Positions 30,180 through 39,545 of a stretch of DNA of 62,395 nucleotides are shown one piece after another. Source of the stretch: Comamonadaceae bacterium. GTDB taxonomy: Bacteria; Pseudomonadota; Gammaproteobacteria; Burkholderiales; Burkholderiaceae_C. The notes under the pieces were generated by a model, which worked only from the letters and a program-made list of their open reading frames with translations, was not told where the DNA came from and did not search any database. Every line of letters starts with the position of its first letter. The first letter of the stretch is position 1. Both the position numbers and the translations under genes were made by a program. The stretch lies in the NCBI GenBank assembly GCA_947449025.1, contig CANFQF010000001.1, positions 1-62,395 on the forward strand. The letters run 5' to 3'.

Positions 30180-31682
30180 TCAACGGACGGAAAAAGGAGC
30201 CGACGCGACTGCGGCGGCAGGGACAGGTGTGGCGACAGGCGCAGCGACCCGGGACGACGCGGCGGACGCAGCGCCAGCCGCGGCCGGTGCGTCAGAGGTC
30301 CAGCCGCCCCCCAGGGCACGCAGCAAGCTGGCCTGGGCTTCGAAGGCGCGCGCTGCCAGGTCAACGCCCTGGCGGCGCTGGCCCAGGACCGCAGTCTCGG
30401 CATTGAGCACCCACAGCAGATTGCCCAGACCGGCCTGGTAGCGGCGCAGGGCCAGGTCGTAGGCGGCCTGGGCGGCGGCCTCGGCCTCGCGCTGCTGAAT
30501 GCGTTGGCGGTCAATGGCGCGGAGGGCGCTGAGTTGGTCGGCCACTTCGCGCACCGCGTCTGTGACCGTTGCGTCGTAGCTGGCGATGGCCGCATCGCGG
30601 TCGGCGGCCTTGCCACGCAGCATCGCGGTCAGCCGGCCAGCCTCGAAGATCGGCAGACGCAGCGCCGGCCCCGCCCCCCACTGCTGGCTGTTGCCATCGA
30701 GCAGCTTGCCCAGCCCCAGGCTGGAAAAACCAACAAAGGCGCCCAGGTTGATGTTGGGATAGAACTGCGCGCGGGCCTGGCTCACCTCGGCGCCAGCCGC
30801 TTCGGCACGCCAGCGGGCGGCCTGGATGTCGGGACGGCGTCCCAGCAGGTCAGCCGGGAGATCGGTGGGCACCGCCAGCGGGCGCAAGGCCGACATGTCG
30901 GGGCGGCGAGTGACGGGGTCTTGCGCCGGCTGCCCCACCAGGGCCGCGATCGCATGGCGCGCCAGATCGATCTGCTCCTGGATGGCTTCCCGCTGGCCGC
31001 GGGCCTCGGGCAAGTTGGCCTCGGCCTGGCGCAGCTCGAGGTCGCTGTCGAGGCCTGCCTGCACCCGGGACCGCACCAGCCGCAGCGCCTCTTCGCGCTG
31101 TGAAATGGCACGGTCGGCCACCGCCTCTTGCGCGTACATCCGCGCCAGGCGGAGGTAGGCCTGGACCACATGGCCGGACAGCAGCACGCGGGCGGCGTCG
31201 GTCTCTGCCTGCGCGGCGCGGGTCTGTCCCAGGGCGGCCTGCAGCGCGGCCTGGTACTTGCCATAGACATCGATTTCCCAATTGGCACTCAGGGCGACGT
31301 TGCCGGTGTTGCGCACCGTGCCTGCGATCGGCCGTGGAATCAGGCCTTGCTGGGTGTAGAGCTGGCGATTGAGATCAAGCGCGCCATTGACCTGGGGCAG
31401 CAGCGCCGCGTCGGCCGCGTCGGTCACAGCGCGCGCCCGATCGAGACGGGCCACGGCCAGACGCAGGCCCGGGTTGCCGGCCAGGGCCTGCGCCACCAGC
31501 CGGTCAAGTTGTTCGTCACCCAGCTCGCGCCACCACTGGGCGTCGACCCGGGTGGCCGGGCCGGCCAGGCCGAGCTGGGCGGCGTCGGTGGGCGCACGCA
31601 GGGCGGGCAGGTCCGGGATCATGGCGCAGCCGGTCAAGAGGCTGGCGACGAGCGCAGCGGCGGGAAGGGAGACAAATTTCAT
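30180..31682 (-). CDS. Outer-membrane efflux lipoprotein (NodT/OMF family)
   Basis: Lipobox LTGC; WWRELGDEQL, LLGRRPDI, FYPNINL and LRALGGGW motifs. Confidence 0.92.
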   Translation of the reverse strand: MKFVSLPAAALVASLLTGCAMIPDLPALRAPTDAAQLGLAGPATRVDAQWWRELGDEQLDRLVAQALAGNPGLRLAVARLDRARAVTDAADAALLPQVNGALDLNRQLYTQQGLIPRPIAGTVRNTGNVALSANWEIDVYGKYQAALQAALGQTRAAQAETDAARVLLSGHVVQAYLRLARMYAQEAVADRAISQREEALRLVRSRVQAGLDSDLELRQAEANLPEARGQREAIQEQIDLARHAIAALVGQPAQDPVTRRPDMSALRPLAVPTDLPADLLGRRPDIQAARWRAEAAGAEVSQARAQFYPNINLGAFVGFSSLGLGKLLDGNSQQWGAGPALRLPIFEAGRLTAMLRGKAADRDAAIASYDATVTDAVREVADQLSALRAIDRQRIQQREAEAAAQAAYDLALRRYQAGLGNLLWVLNAETAVLGQRRQGVDLAARAFEAQASLLRALGGGWTSDAPAAAGAASAASSRVAAPVATPVPAAAVASAPFSVR

Positions 31683-32176
31683 GCGGTCTTGAGGTCCGAG
31701 ACGAGCAGCGCTTGCCGCTCCTGTGTGTTGTCGAGAAGGCGTTGCAACAGTTCTTTGAGGGTGTCCACCTCGGCGCGGCTGAATCCGCTGAGGTGGGCGT
31801 TTTGCACTTCACACAGCAGCTCGGGAATGCGCGCGGCAGTGTCGCGACCTTGGGGCGTGAGTTCGAGCAGCACCACCCGGCGGTCGTCCTCGGAACGAGC
31901 GCGGCGCACGAAGCCCTTGGCTTCGAGGCGGTCAAGCGTGCGGGTCATGGAGCCAGCGTCGAGGTAGCACACCCGGGCCAGTTCAGCCGGCGTGGACGCC
32001 TCGCCGGTGTGCAGCTTGAGCAGCGGCACCCACTGGGCATGGGTCAGGCCGTCGGGCCCGAGCAGCGCACTCACCTCGCTGGCGACGGCGGTGGTGATTT
32101 GCCGCATCAAATAAGTGACGCTGTCCTCGGGGCGGTAGCTGCCGGGGCGATAGAAGGTGGTCGGGCGCTGTGCCAT
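31679..32176 (-). CDS. MarR family regulator (EmrR-like)
   Basis: LTHAQW, DAGSMTRTLDRLEAKG and DDRRVVLLELT motifs; heads the efflux operon. Confidence 0.92.
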   Translation of the reverse strand: MAQRPTTFYRPGSYRPEDSVTYLMRQITTAVASEVSALLGPDGLTHAQWVPLLKLHTGEASTPAELARVCYLDAGSMTRTLDRLEAKGFVRRARSEDDRRVVLLELTPQGRDTAARIPELLCEVQNAHLSGFSRAEVDTLKELLQRLLDNTQERQALLVSDLKTA

Positions 32177-32189
32177 GGCGGCATTGTAG

Positions 32190-32210
32190 TTGCCTAGGCA
32201 ATAATTGCCT
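32190..32210. promoter_or_regulatory. Overlapping palindromes, candidate EmrR-type operator
   Basis: TTGCCTAGGCAA (32190-32201) overlapping AGGCAAT-A-ATTGCCT (32196-32210), just upstream of the MarR start. Confidence 0.6.
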
Positions 32211-32263
32211 CGGCCGAGATCCCCTGCGCCGCCGGGGGGCAAGCGCCGCAGGGACAATCACCC

Positions 32264-34069
32264 ATGGCTCGAAAAGAACTCCCCGATACGCCCAAGGGCG
32301 CGCCCCGCTCGCTGGGCGGTCTGCTGCCCTTCCTGCGCCCCTACCGCTGGCAGATCGCCCTGGCTGGTTTGTTCCTGCTGCTGGCGGCGGGCGCGACCCT
32401 CGTTTTTCCGATTGCCCTGCGCCATCTGGTCGATGCCGGCATGGCCAGCGGGCCTGGCACCCCCGACCCGGCGGCCAGTGGCGCGCGGCTGGTCGCCCTG
32501 CGGGCCTACTTCCTGTGGCTGTTCGCGGTGGCCGTGGCGCTGGGCCTGTTTTCGGCCGCGCGCTTTTACACCGTCACCTGGCTGGGTGAGCGGGTCACCG
32601 CCGACCTGCGCACCGCTATTTACCGCCATGTGCTGCGCCAGAGCCCGGAGTTCTTCGAAACCACCCAGACCGGCGAGGTGCTCTCGCGCCTGACCACCGA
32701 CACCACCCTGGTGCAAACAGTGGTGGGCTCGTCGCTCTCGCTGGGTCTGCGCAACGCGGTCATGGGCGTGGGCTCGGTGGGCATGCTGGTGTGGTCGCAT
32801 CCGCAGGTGATGGGCCTGGTGCTGGGGGTGGTGGTCGGGGTGGTGCTGCCCGCGCGCTGGTTCGGTGGCCGGGTGCGGCGGCTCTCGCGGGCCAGCCAGG
32901 ACCGGGTGGCCGACTCCAGCGCCATCGCCGCCGAGGTGCTCAACGCGATCCCGGTGGTGCAAAGCCATGCCGCCGAGGGGCGCGAAGGCCAGCGCTTTGC
33001 GCAAGCCACCGAAAACGCCTTTGCCACCGGCGTGCGACGCACCCGCGCACGGGCGGCCTTGGTGGCCTTCATCATCATCGCCAGCGCGGCCCTCATGCTC
33101 TGGGGCGTTTACCAAGGCACGCAGGCGGTGATGGCCGGCAGCATTTCGCCGGGCCAGCTGGGCCAGGCGGTGGTCTATGTGATCTTGCTGGCCGGCTCGG
33201 TGGCCGCGCTCGGCGAGGTCTACGGCGACCTGCTGCGCGCCGCTGGCGCGACCGAGCGCCTGATGGAGCTGCTGCATGCGCAATCGCCGGTGGCCGAGCC
33301 CGCCGAACCGGTCAGCGCGCCGCTGCCTGCCGAAGGCAGCCGCGTGCAAATCGAGGCCCTGACCTTCCACTACCCCTCGCGGCCGCAAACGCCGGCGCTG
33401 GCCGACGTCAACTTGGCTGTGGCACCCGGCGAGACGGTGGCGCTGGTGGGCGCCAGCGGCGCGGGCAAGACCACGGTGTTCCAGCTGCTGCTGCGGTTCT
33501 ATGACCCGCAAGCTGGCCGCATTCTGATGGACGGTGTGTCCATCGACCACCTGTCGCTGGCCGAGCTGCGCGGGCGCATCGCCATCGTGCCGCAAGAGCC
33601 GGTGATTTTTTCCAGCAGCGCGATGGACAACATCCGCTACGGGCGCCCAGAAGCCAGCGACGAGGAGGTGCGCGCCGCAGCCCGCGCAGCCTATGCCGAG
33701 GAGTTCATCGGCCGCCTGCCCCAGGGCTACGACACTTTTCTGGGCGAGCGCGGCGTGCGGCTCTCGGGCGGCCAGCGCCAGCGGATCGCGATCGCGCGGG
33801 CGATTCTGAAGAACCCTCCCCTGCTGCTGCTCGACGAGGCCACCAGTGCGCTCGACGCCGAGAGCGAGCGCATGGTGCAGGCGGCCCTCGAAACCGCCAT
33901 GCGCGGGCGCACCACGCTGGTCATTGCCCACCGGCTGGCGACGGTGCAGCGCGCCGACCGCATCGTGGTGCTGGACCAGGGCCGCCTGGTGGAGTTGGGC
34001 ACCCACGCCGAGCTGCTGGCGCTGGGCGGCACCTACGCGAGGCTGGCGCAGCTGCAGTTTCTGGAATAA
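32264..34069 (+). CDS. ABC exporter, fused permease/ATP-binding (MsbA-like)
   Basis: TMD followed by GASGAGKTT, LSGGQRQRIAIARA and LLDEATSALD. Confidence 0.93.
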   Translation: MARKELPDTPKGAPRSLGGLLPFLRPYRWQIALAGLFLLLAAGATLVFPIALRHLVDAGMASGPGTPDPAASGARLVALRAYFLWLFAVAVALGLFSAARFYTVTWLGERVTADLRTAIYRHVLRQSPEFFETTQTGEVLSRLTTDTTLVQTVVGSSLSLGLRNAVMGVGSVGMLVWSHPQVMGLVLGVVVGVVLPARWFGGRVRRLSRASQDRVADSSAIAAEVLNAIPVVQSHAAEGREGQRFAQATENAFATGVRRTRARAALVAFIIIASAALMLWGVYQGTQAVMAGSISPGQLGQAVVYVILLAGSVAALGEVYGDLLRAAGATERLMELLHAQSPVAEPAEPVSAPLPAEGSRVQIEALTFHYPSRPQTPALADVNLAVAPGETVALVGASGAGKTTVFQLLLRFYDPQAGRILMDGVSIDHLSLAELRGRIAIVPQEPVIFSSSAMDNIRYGRPEASDEEVRAAARAAYAEEFIGRLPQGYDTFLGERGVRLSGGQRQRIAIARAILKNPPLLLLDEATSALDAESERMVQAALETAMRGRTTLVIAHRLATVQRADRIVVLDQGRLVELGTHAELLALGGTYARLAQLQFLE

Positions 34070-34230
34070 GCGGACGCGGCCGTGGCAAGTCCATAGCCGC
34101 GCAGTTGGCGTCAGGCGGTAGGCAAACAGGAGGGCCACGGGCGGGCCCTTCGGGGCAATCATGGGCGACTGTCGCCGTGCACGCCAAGGTGGGCACTGAC
34201 AGAACTCGGCAGATACAAGCTGCCCCATCA

Positions 34231-34245
34231 ATCTCAATTTGAGAT
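34231..34245. promoter_or_regulatory. Palindrome ATCTCAA-T-TTGAGAT, probable HigA operator
   Basis: Perfect 7-bp inverted repeat immediately upstream of the toxin gene. Confidence 0.65.
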
Positions 34246-34254
34246 AGGATGCCC

Positions 34255-34542
34255 ATGCGGATCATCAGCCACCGCGCGCTGCGGGAATTCATCGAGTTTC
34301 ATCCCCAGGCAGAGGCTGCCCTGCAGGGCTGGCGGCGGGTGATCGAGAAGAACCACTTTGCCCACTGGGCTTCGCTCAAGTCCGTGTTCAACACGGTGGA
34401 CAAGGTGGGGGAACTGGCCGTGTTCGACATCGGGGGCAACAAGTACCGCTTGATCGCCCATCTCCGTTTCGAAGCACAAATCGTGTACATCAAGGCGGTG
34501 CTGACCCACCGCGACTACGACAAGGGCAATTGGAGGTCATGA
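34255..34542 (+). CDS. higB: Type II toxin HigB
   Basis: MRIIS..ALREF, VFDIGGNKYRLI and LTHRDYDK motifs; toxin-first order. Confidence 0.9.
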   Translation: MRIISHRALREFIEFHPQAEAALQGWRRVIEKNHFAHWASLKSVFNTVDKVGELAVFDIGGNKYRLIAHLRFEAQIVYIKAVLTHRDYDKGNWRS

Positions 34543-34546
34543 AGTC

Positions 34547-34960
34547 ATGAACGCACCCATCGATATGCGGCGGCTGCTGCCGGCCTGGGAGAAGTTCAGC
34601 GCCGAGAGCGGCATCGCGCCGATTCGCGATGAAGCCCACGCCCTGCAGATGTCGCAATTGCTCGAGGCCTTGCTCTCGGAGGCAAAGGGCGACGAGCGCC
34701 ACCCGGCCGTGGCCCTGGCCGATATCGTGGGCGACCTGATCGCCGACTACGAAGCCGAGCACCATCCCTTGCGTGAGGCCAGCGGCCTGGACGCGCTGGC
34801 ATTCCTGATGGCACAGCACGGCCTGCGGCAAGGCGACCTGCCCGAGATCGGCAGCCAGGGCGTGGTGTCTGAAATCCTGGCCGGCAAGCGAGAGCTCAAC
34901 ATCCGGCAGGTCCGGGCGCTCGGCGAGCGCTTTGGGGTGTCGGCGGCAACCTTCGTTTAA
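34547..34960 (+). CDS. higA: Antitoxin HigA (HTH)
   Basis: LMAQHGLRQGDLPEIGSQGVVSEILAGKRELN Xre-type HTH. Confidence 0.9.
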   Translation: MNAPIDMRRLLPAWEKFSAESGIAPIRDEAHALQMSQLLEALLSEAKGDERHPAVALADIVGDLIADYEAEHHPLREASGLDALAFLMAQHGLRQGDLPEIGSQGVVSEILAGKRELNIRQVRALGERFGVSAATFV

Positions 34961-34966
34961 GGCCGG

Positions 34967-35070
34967 GCTTTGCGTTGGCGTGGAACGTGCCGTGTGTGCG
35001 GCAGGGGCCCGGCGGCTTCGATGCGCCCGTACCGCATACACGTCGCGTCGCAGGCCAAAGCAAAAAAAGC
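34967..35070. other. Long imperfect intergenic hairpin
   Basis: Arms TTTGC/GCAAA, TTGGC/GCCAA, ACGTG/CGCGT and CGTGTGTGCGG/CCGCATACACG. Confidence 0.5.
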
Positions 35071-35106
35071 GCATGCCCCGTCGCCCGACAGAACAAGAAA
35101 CCGCGC

Positions 35107-35610
35107 CTACTGCAGCGGCCCCTTCATCCCTTTAGGCACCGGCAACGGCAACACACCGATGCCCTCCTCCAGCAGTTCCCGGGTCTCCTCGGGCGAGGCC
35201 TGGCCGCGGATGCCGCGCTCTTCGGATTCGCCATAGTGGATGCGCCGCGCTTCCTGGGCGAAACGCTCGCCCACGTCTTCGGTATTGGCCATCACATGGC
35301 GCACCGCCTTCATCCAGGCTGCCTGCATGGCGACCGGCATGCCCTCGGCCGCGGGCGCTGCGGCGGATGGCGAGGCGCCAGGGCCGGGTTGCCCGCCAGA
35401 GCTTGCGCCGGGCTGGGCCGCCCCGCCCTCTTGGGCGCGGCCTGCGCCGAAGTTCAGGCGCGCTGCGGTGAGTTTTTTGCTGACCTGCTTGTCACCACAG
35501 ACTGGGCACTCGATCAGGCCACGCGCCAGCTGGCCCTGGAAGTCATCTTCCGAGCCGAACCAGCCCTCGAACACATGGCTGGCGGGACACTGCAGGTCCA
35601 ACACTTTCAT
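35107..35610 (-). CDS. DUF1178 family protein
   Basis: MKVLDLQC..HVFEGWFGS, CPVCG and EARRIHYGE..ERGIRG motifs. Confidence 0.88.
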   Translation of the reverse strand: MKVLDLQCPASHVFEGWFGSEDDFQGQLARGLIECPVCGDKQVSKKLTAARLNFGAGRAQEGGAAQPGASSGGQPGPGASPSAAAPAAEGMPVAMQAAWMKAVRHVMANTEDVGERFAQEARRIHYGESEERGIRGQASPEETRELLEEGIGVLPLPVPKGMKGPLQ

Positions 35611-36200
35611 GTGAGGGATGTTACTCGCCAGTCCAGGACCCTCCGCCCGGAAAGGACGCTTTGCAGCCACAGCGCGCAGGCCAGGGTCTTGCCATCGGTC
35701 ACCGTTCCGTCCTGGCACCAGTCGAGCAATTGCTCGGGGCGGGCGAGGAACACGTCGAGAAACTCCTCGGCGTCGAGGTGGCGCTCGCCAGCGCTGAGGC
35801 CGCGGGCAAACCAGACTTCGATGAACTCGTCGGAGTAGCCAATGCAGGGGTGCATACGGCCCGCCAGCGCCCACTCGCGGGCGGTGTAGCCCGTCTCCTC
35901 CAGCAGTTCGCGCTGAGCGCAGACCAGCGGGTCTTCAGCGGCGTCGAGCTTGCCCGCAGGCACTTCGACCATGACCCGGCCCACCGGATGGCGCCATTGG
36001 CGCTCGAGCACCAGCTGCCCGTCGTCGGTGAGGCCGATGATGGCGACGGCGCCGGGGTGCTGCACATACTCGCGGGTGGCGCTGGCGCCATCGGGCAGGC
36101 GCACCGTGTCACGCACCACTTTCAGAAAGTTGCCATCCAGCAGCCGCTCGCGGCCGAGGGTGTGCTCGACCAGATGGCTGTCGTCGGCCGGCTGCGTCAT
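35607..36200 (-). CDS. NUDIX hydrolase (ADP-ribose pyrophosphatase-like)
   Basis: Nudix box PAGKLD...CAQRELLEETGY. Confidence 0.92.
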   Translation of the reverse strand: MTQPADDSHLVEHTLGRERLLDGNFLKVVRDTVRLPDGASATREYVQHPGAVAIIGLTDDGQLVLERQWRHPVGRVMVEVPAGKLDAAEDPLVCAQRELLEETGYTAREWALAGRMHPCIGYSDEFIEVWFARGLSAGERHLDAEEFLDVFLARPEQLLDWCQDGTVTDGKTLACALWLQSVLSGRRVLDWRVTSLT

Positions 36201-36499
36201 CGCCCGCGCTGCACCAGGTAGCGCCAGACAAAGCCCGGAAAGGCCAGGGTCAAAAAGAGCGCGCCGGTGACGGCGTAGAACTCCCAGCCCTGGGACGCGA
36301 TCTGGCCGGCGCGCTTTTCCAGCAGCAAGCCCAGACCACCGACGACGAAGTACAGCAGCACGAGTTCGGCCAGGCGCAGGCCCAGCGATTTGGGTGCCTT
36401 GAGCGTGAGCAGCCCCAGCAGGCGATCAGTGACAAAAGGCAGATTGGCCCCGGCCAGGGCCAGGGCGATCACGAACCAGATCGAGGCGGACAGGGACAC
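36197..36499 (-). CDS. DUF2818 family membrane protein
   Basis: ANLPF...QGWEFYAVT..LFLTLAFPGFVWRYL; usual position after nuoN in betaproteobacteria. Confidence 0.8.
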   Translation of the reverse strand: MSLSASIWFVIALALAGANLPFVTDRLLGLLTLKAPKSLGLRLAELVLLYFVVGGLGLLLEKRAGQIASQGWEFYAVTGALFLTLAFPGFVWRYLVQRGR

Positions 36500-36541
36500 G
36501 GCGCAAGCTCCGGTGTGGGTGGTGCGCCGGTCCGCAGGCGA

Positions 36542-38029
36542 TCAGCCGGCCAACGTGCGGATGATGGCCTCAGAGCACAGCGTCATCAGGCCGCCGGGCA
36601 AGAGCCCCAGCAGCAGCACCAGTGCGCCGTTGAGCGAAAGGACCACCCGCACATCGGCCGGGGCCGTCACGGTGGTGACGGTGATCGGCGCGTCGAAGTA
36701 CATCACCTTCACGACACGCAGGTAGTAGAAGGCGCCAATGAGAGAGGCGAGCACCGCGAAGATGGCCAGACCGATATGGAAGCCCGCACCGGAGGACACC
36801 AGGGACTGCAGCACCGAGAGCTTGGCGTAAAAGCCCACCAGCGGCGGCACGCCGGCCAGCGAGAACATGCAGATGGCCATGATGCCGGCGTACAGCGGGC
36901 TGCGCTGGTTCAAGCCGGCCAGGTCGGCGATCTCTTCGCTCTCAAAGCCCTCGCGGGCCAGCAGCAAGATGATGCCGAAGGTGGCCAGCGTGGTCAGCAC
37001 ATAGGTCACGATGTAGAACATCGAGGCGCTATAGGCGCTGGCAGCATTGGTGGTCACGCCGCCCACGACGCCGGCGGCCAGACCGAGAATGACAAAACCC
37101 ATCTGGGAGATGGTCGAATAGGCCAGCATGCGCTTGAGGTTGGTCTGCGCAATGGCTGCCAGGTTGCCCACCAGCAGCGAGCCCACGCCCAACACCACCA
37201 GCATCTGCTGCCAGTCGATGGCCAGGGGCATCATGCCTTCGACCAGCAGCCGAATGGCGATGCCAAAGGCCGCCAGTTCGGGGGCCGCGCCAATCATCAG
37301 GGTGATGGCGGTGGGCGCACCCTGGTACACGTCGGGGATCCACATGTGGAAAGGCACCGCGCCCAGCTTGAAGGCCAGCCCGGATACGACAAAGACCAGG
37401 CCAAACACCAGCACCTCGTGGCGGATGCGGCCTGAGGAGATGGCCTTGAACACCTCGGTGATGTCCAGCGAGCCGGTGGCGCCGTAGATCATCGACAAGC
37501 CATACAGCAGGAAGCCGGAGGCCATGGCGCCCAGCACGAAGTACTTCATTGCGGCCTCGGTGGCCTTTTCATGGTCGCGGCGAAGTGCCACCAGCGCGTA
37601 GCTCGAGAGCGTGAGCAGCTCCAGGCCCAGGTACACCAGCAGCAGGTTGCTGCCCGAGACCATGATGAAAATGCCCAGCAGCGAAAACAGCGCCAGGGTG
37701 AACATCTCACCGCCACGCAGCATGTCGCGGTCCGCGGCGTAGGGCCGGCCGTAGACCAGGGTCACGGCCATGGAGATGGCAGCGAAGGCCTTGAGCCAGT
37801 TGCCCATCGGGTCGCTCACGAACATGCGGCCGAAGGCGTAGTGGGTTTCGCCGGAAATAGCCGCCTGGCCGCACAGCCAGGCGGTGACCGCCAGGGTGCA
37901 CAGGGACAGCAGGTAGGTCAGGCCGCGCAGGCGGCTTGTCACGCCGAGGTCGACCAGCGCGATGACGCAGGTCATCACCAGCAGGAAGATTTCGGGCGAG
38001 ACGACGATCAGGCTCAGGGAGTCCAGCAT
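36542..38029 (-). CDS. nuoN: NADH-quinone oxidoreductase subunit N
   Basis: [30 protein letters not shown]; operon position. Confidence 0.96.
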   Translation of the reverse strand: MLDSLSLIVVSPEIFLLVMTCVIALVDLGVTSRLRGLTYLLSLCTLAVTAWLCGQAAISGETHYAFGRMFVSDPMGNWLKAFAAISMAVTLVYGRPYAADRDMLRGGEMFTLALFSLLGIFIMVSGSNLLLVYLGLELLTLSSYALVALRRDHEKATEAAMKYFVLGAMASGFLLYGLSMIYGATGSLDITEVFKAISSGRIRHEVLVFGLVFVVSGLAFKLGAVPFHMWIPDVYQGAPTAITLMIGAAPELAAFGIAIRLLVEGMMPLAIDWQQMLVVLGVGSLLVGNLAAIAQTNLKRMLAYSTISQMGFVILGLAAGVVGGVTTNAASAYSASMFYIVTYVLTTLATFGIILLLAREGFESEEIADLAGLNQRSPLYAGIMAICMFSLAGVPPLVGFYAKLSVLQSLVSSGAGFHIGLAIFAVLASLIGAFYYLRVVKVMYFDAPITVTTVTAPADVRVVLSLNGALVLLLGLLPGGLMTLCSEAIIRTLAG

Positions 38030-38047
38030 GGAGGCGGCCTTCGGTGG

Positions 38048-39523
38048 TCAGTTCAGTTTGGAAGTCGCGACGTGCTTGAGGAACTCGGCGACTGAGACGT
38101 CCATGACGTCGGTAAAGGGTTTGGGATAGATGCCCATGTACAAGACCATGATGGCCAGCAGGGACAGCATCAGGAACTCGCGGCCATTGATGTCGGTGAG
38201 GCCCCGCACGTCCTCATTGGCCACCGGGCCCAGATAGACGCGCTTGAACATCCACAGCGTGTAGGCAGCGCCGAAGATTAGCGCGGTGGCGGCTGCCAGG
38301 CCGAGCCAGAAGTTGGCCTTGGTCGCGCCCAGAATGACCATCCACTCCCCCACAAAGCCGGCGGTGGCGGGCAAGCCGCAGTTGGCCATGGCAAAGAGCA
38401 AGGCAAAGGCCGTGAACTTGGGCATGGTGTTGACCACGCCGCCATAAGAAGCGATCTCGCGCGAGTGGACGCGGTCGTACAGCACGCCGATCGACAGGAA
38501 CATGGCGCCCGAAACAAAGCCGTGGGCAATCATCTGCACCAGGCCGCCGGAAACGCCCAGGTCATTGAAGATGAAAAAGCCCAGGGTCACAAAGCCCATG
38601 TGCGCCACCGACGAATAGGCGACCAGCTTCTTCATGTCCTGCTGCACGATGGCCACCAGGCCCACATAAATCACGGCGACGATGGACAGCGCAATCATCA
38701 GCCAGGCCCACTGGTGCGAGGCGTCGGGTGCGATCGGCATGGAAAAGCGCAGGAAGCCATAGGCGCCGAGCTTGAGCATGATGGCCGCCAGCACCGCCGA
38801 GCCGCCGGTTGGCGCCTCCACGTGCACGTCGGGGAGCCAGGTGTGCACCGGCCACATCGGCACCTTCACCGCAAAGGCGGCAAAGAAGGCGAAGAACAGC
38901 AGGGTCTGCACATGGCCGTCCAGGGGCAGCTTGTGCCAGGCCTGAATGTCAAAGCTGGCGCCGGCCTTGTTGTACAGGTAGATCAGGGCGACCAGCATCA
39001 GCAGGGAGCCCAGCAGCGTGTACAGGAAGAACTTGAAGGCGGCGTAGATCTTTCGCGGGCCACCCCAGATGCCGATGATCAGGTACATCGGGATCAGCGT
39101 GGCCTCGAAGAACACGTAAAACAGCATCGCGTCCATCGCGGTGAACACGCCGATCATGAGGCCCGACAGAATCAGGAACGCGCCCATGTACTGGTTGACG
39201 CGCTCGGTGATCACCTCCCAGGCCGAGATCACCACGATGACGTTGATGAAGGCGGTGAGCAGCACGAACCACAGCGAGATACCGTCCACACCCAGGTGGT
39301 AGTTCACGTGAAAGCGCGAAATCCAGCTGGCCTTCTCGACGAACTGCAATGCCGCAGTGCTGGCGTCGAACTGCAGATAAAGCGGCACGGTGACCAGCAG
39401 ACTGACCACGGCGCCGATGAGGGCCAGCCAGCGCACTACGCGGGCGTGCTCGTCGCGGCCGAGGGCCAGCAACACGACGCCGAAGAAAACCGGCGTCCAG
39501 ATGGCGAGGCTCAAGAGACCCAT
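38048..39523 (-). CDS. nuoM: NADH-quinone oxidoreductase subunit M
   Basis: KVPMWPVHTWLPDVHVEAP motif. Confidence 0.96.
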   Translation of the reverse strand: MGLLSLAIWTPVFFGVVLLALGRDEHARVVRWLALIGAVVSLLVTVPLYLQFDASTAALQFVEKASWISRFHVNYHLGVDGISLWFVLLTAFINVIVVISAWEVITERVNQYMGAFLILSGLMIGVFTAMDAMLFYVFFEATLIPMYLIIGIWGGPRKIYAAFKFFLYTLLGSLLMLVALIYLYNKAGASFDIQAWHKLPLDGHVQTLLFFAFFAAFAVKVPMWPVHTWLPDVHVEAPTGGSAVLAAIMLKLGAYGFLRFSMPIAPDASHQWAWLMIALSIVAVIYVGLVAIVQQDMKKLVAYSSVAHMGFVTLGFFIFNDLGVSGGLVQMIAHGFVSGAMFLSIGVLYDRVHSREIASYGGVVNTMPKFTAFALLFAMANCGLPATAGFVGEWMVILGATKANFWLGLAAATALIFGAAYTLWMFKRVYLGPVANEDVRGLTDINGREFLMLSLLAIMVLYMGIYPKPFTDVMDVSVAEFLKHVATSKLN

Positions 39524-39545
39524 TTTTGTTCTACTCCTTGCAGCC

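Noticed and set aside
32258-34237. 659-aa ORF antisense to the ABC exporter (also 39390-41633 opposite nuoL and 53769-56060 opposite pnp)
   Set aside because: Mirror frames of well-supported genes; expected at this GC content.
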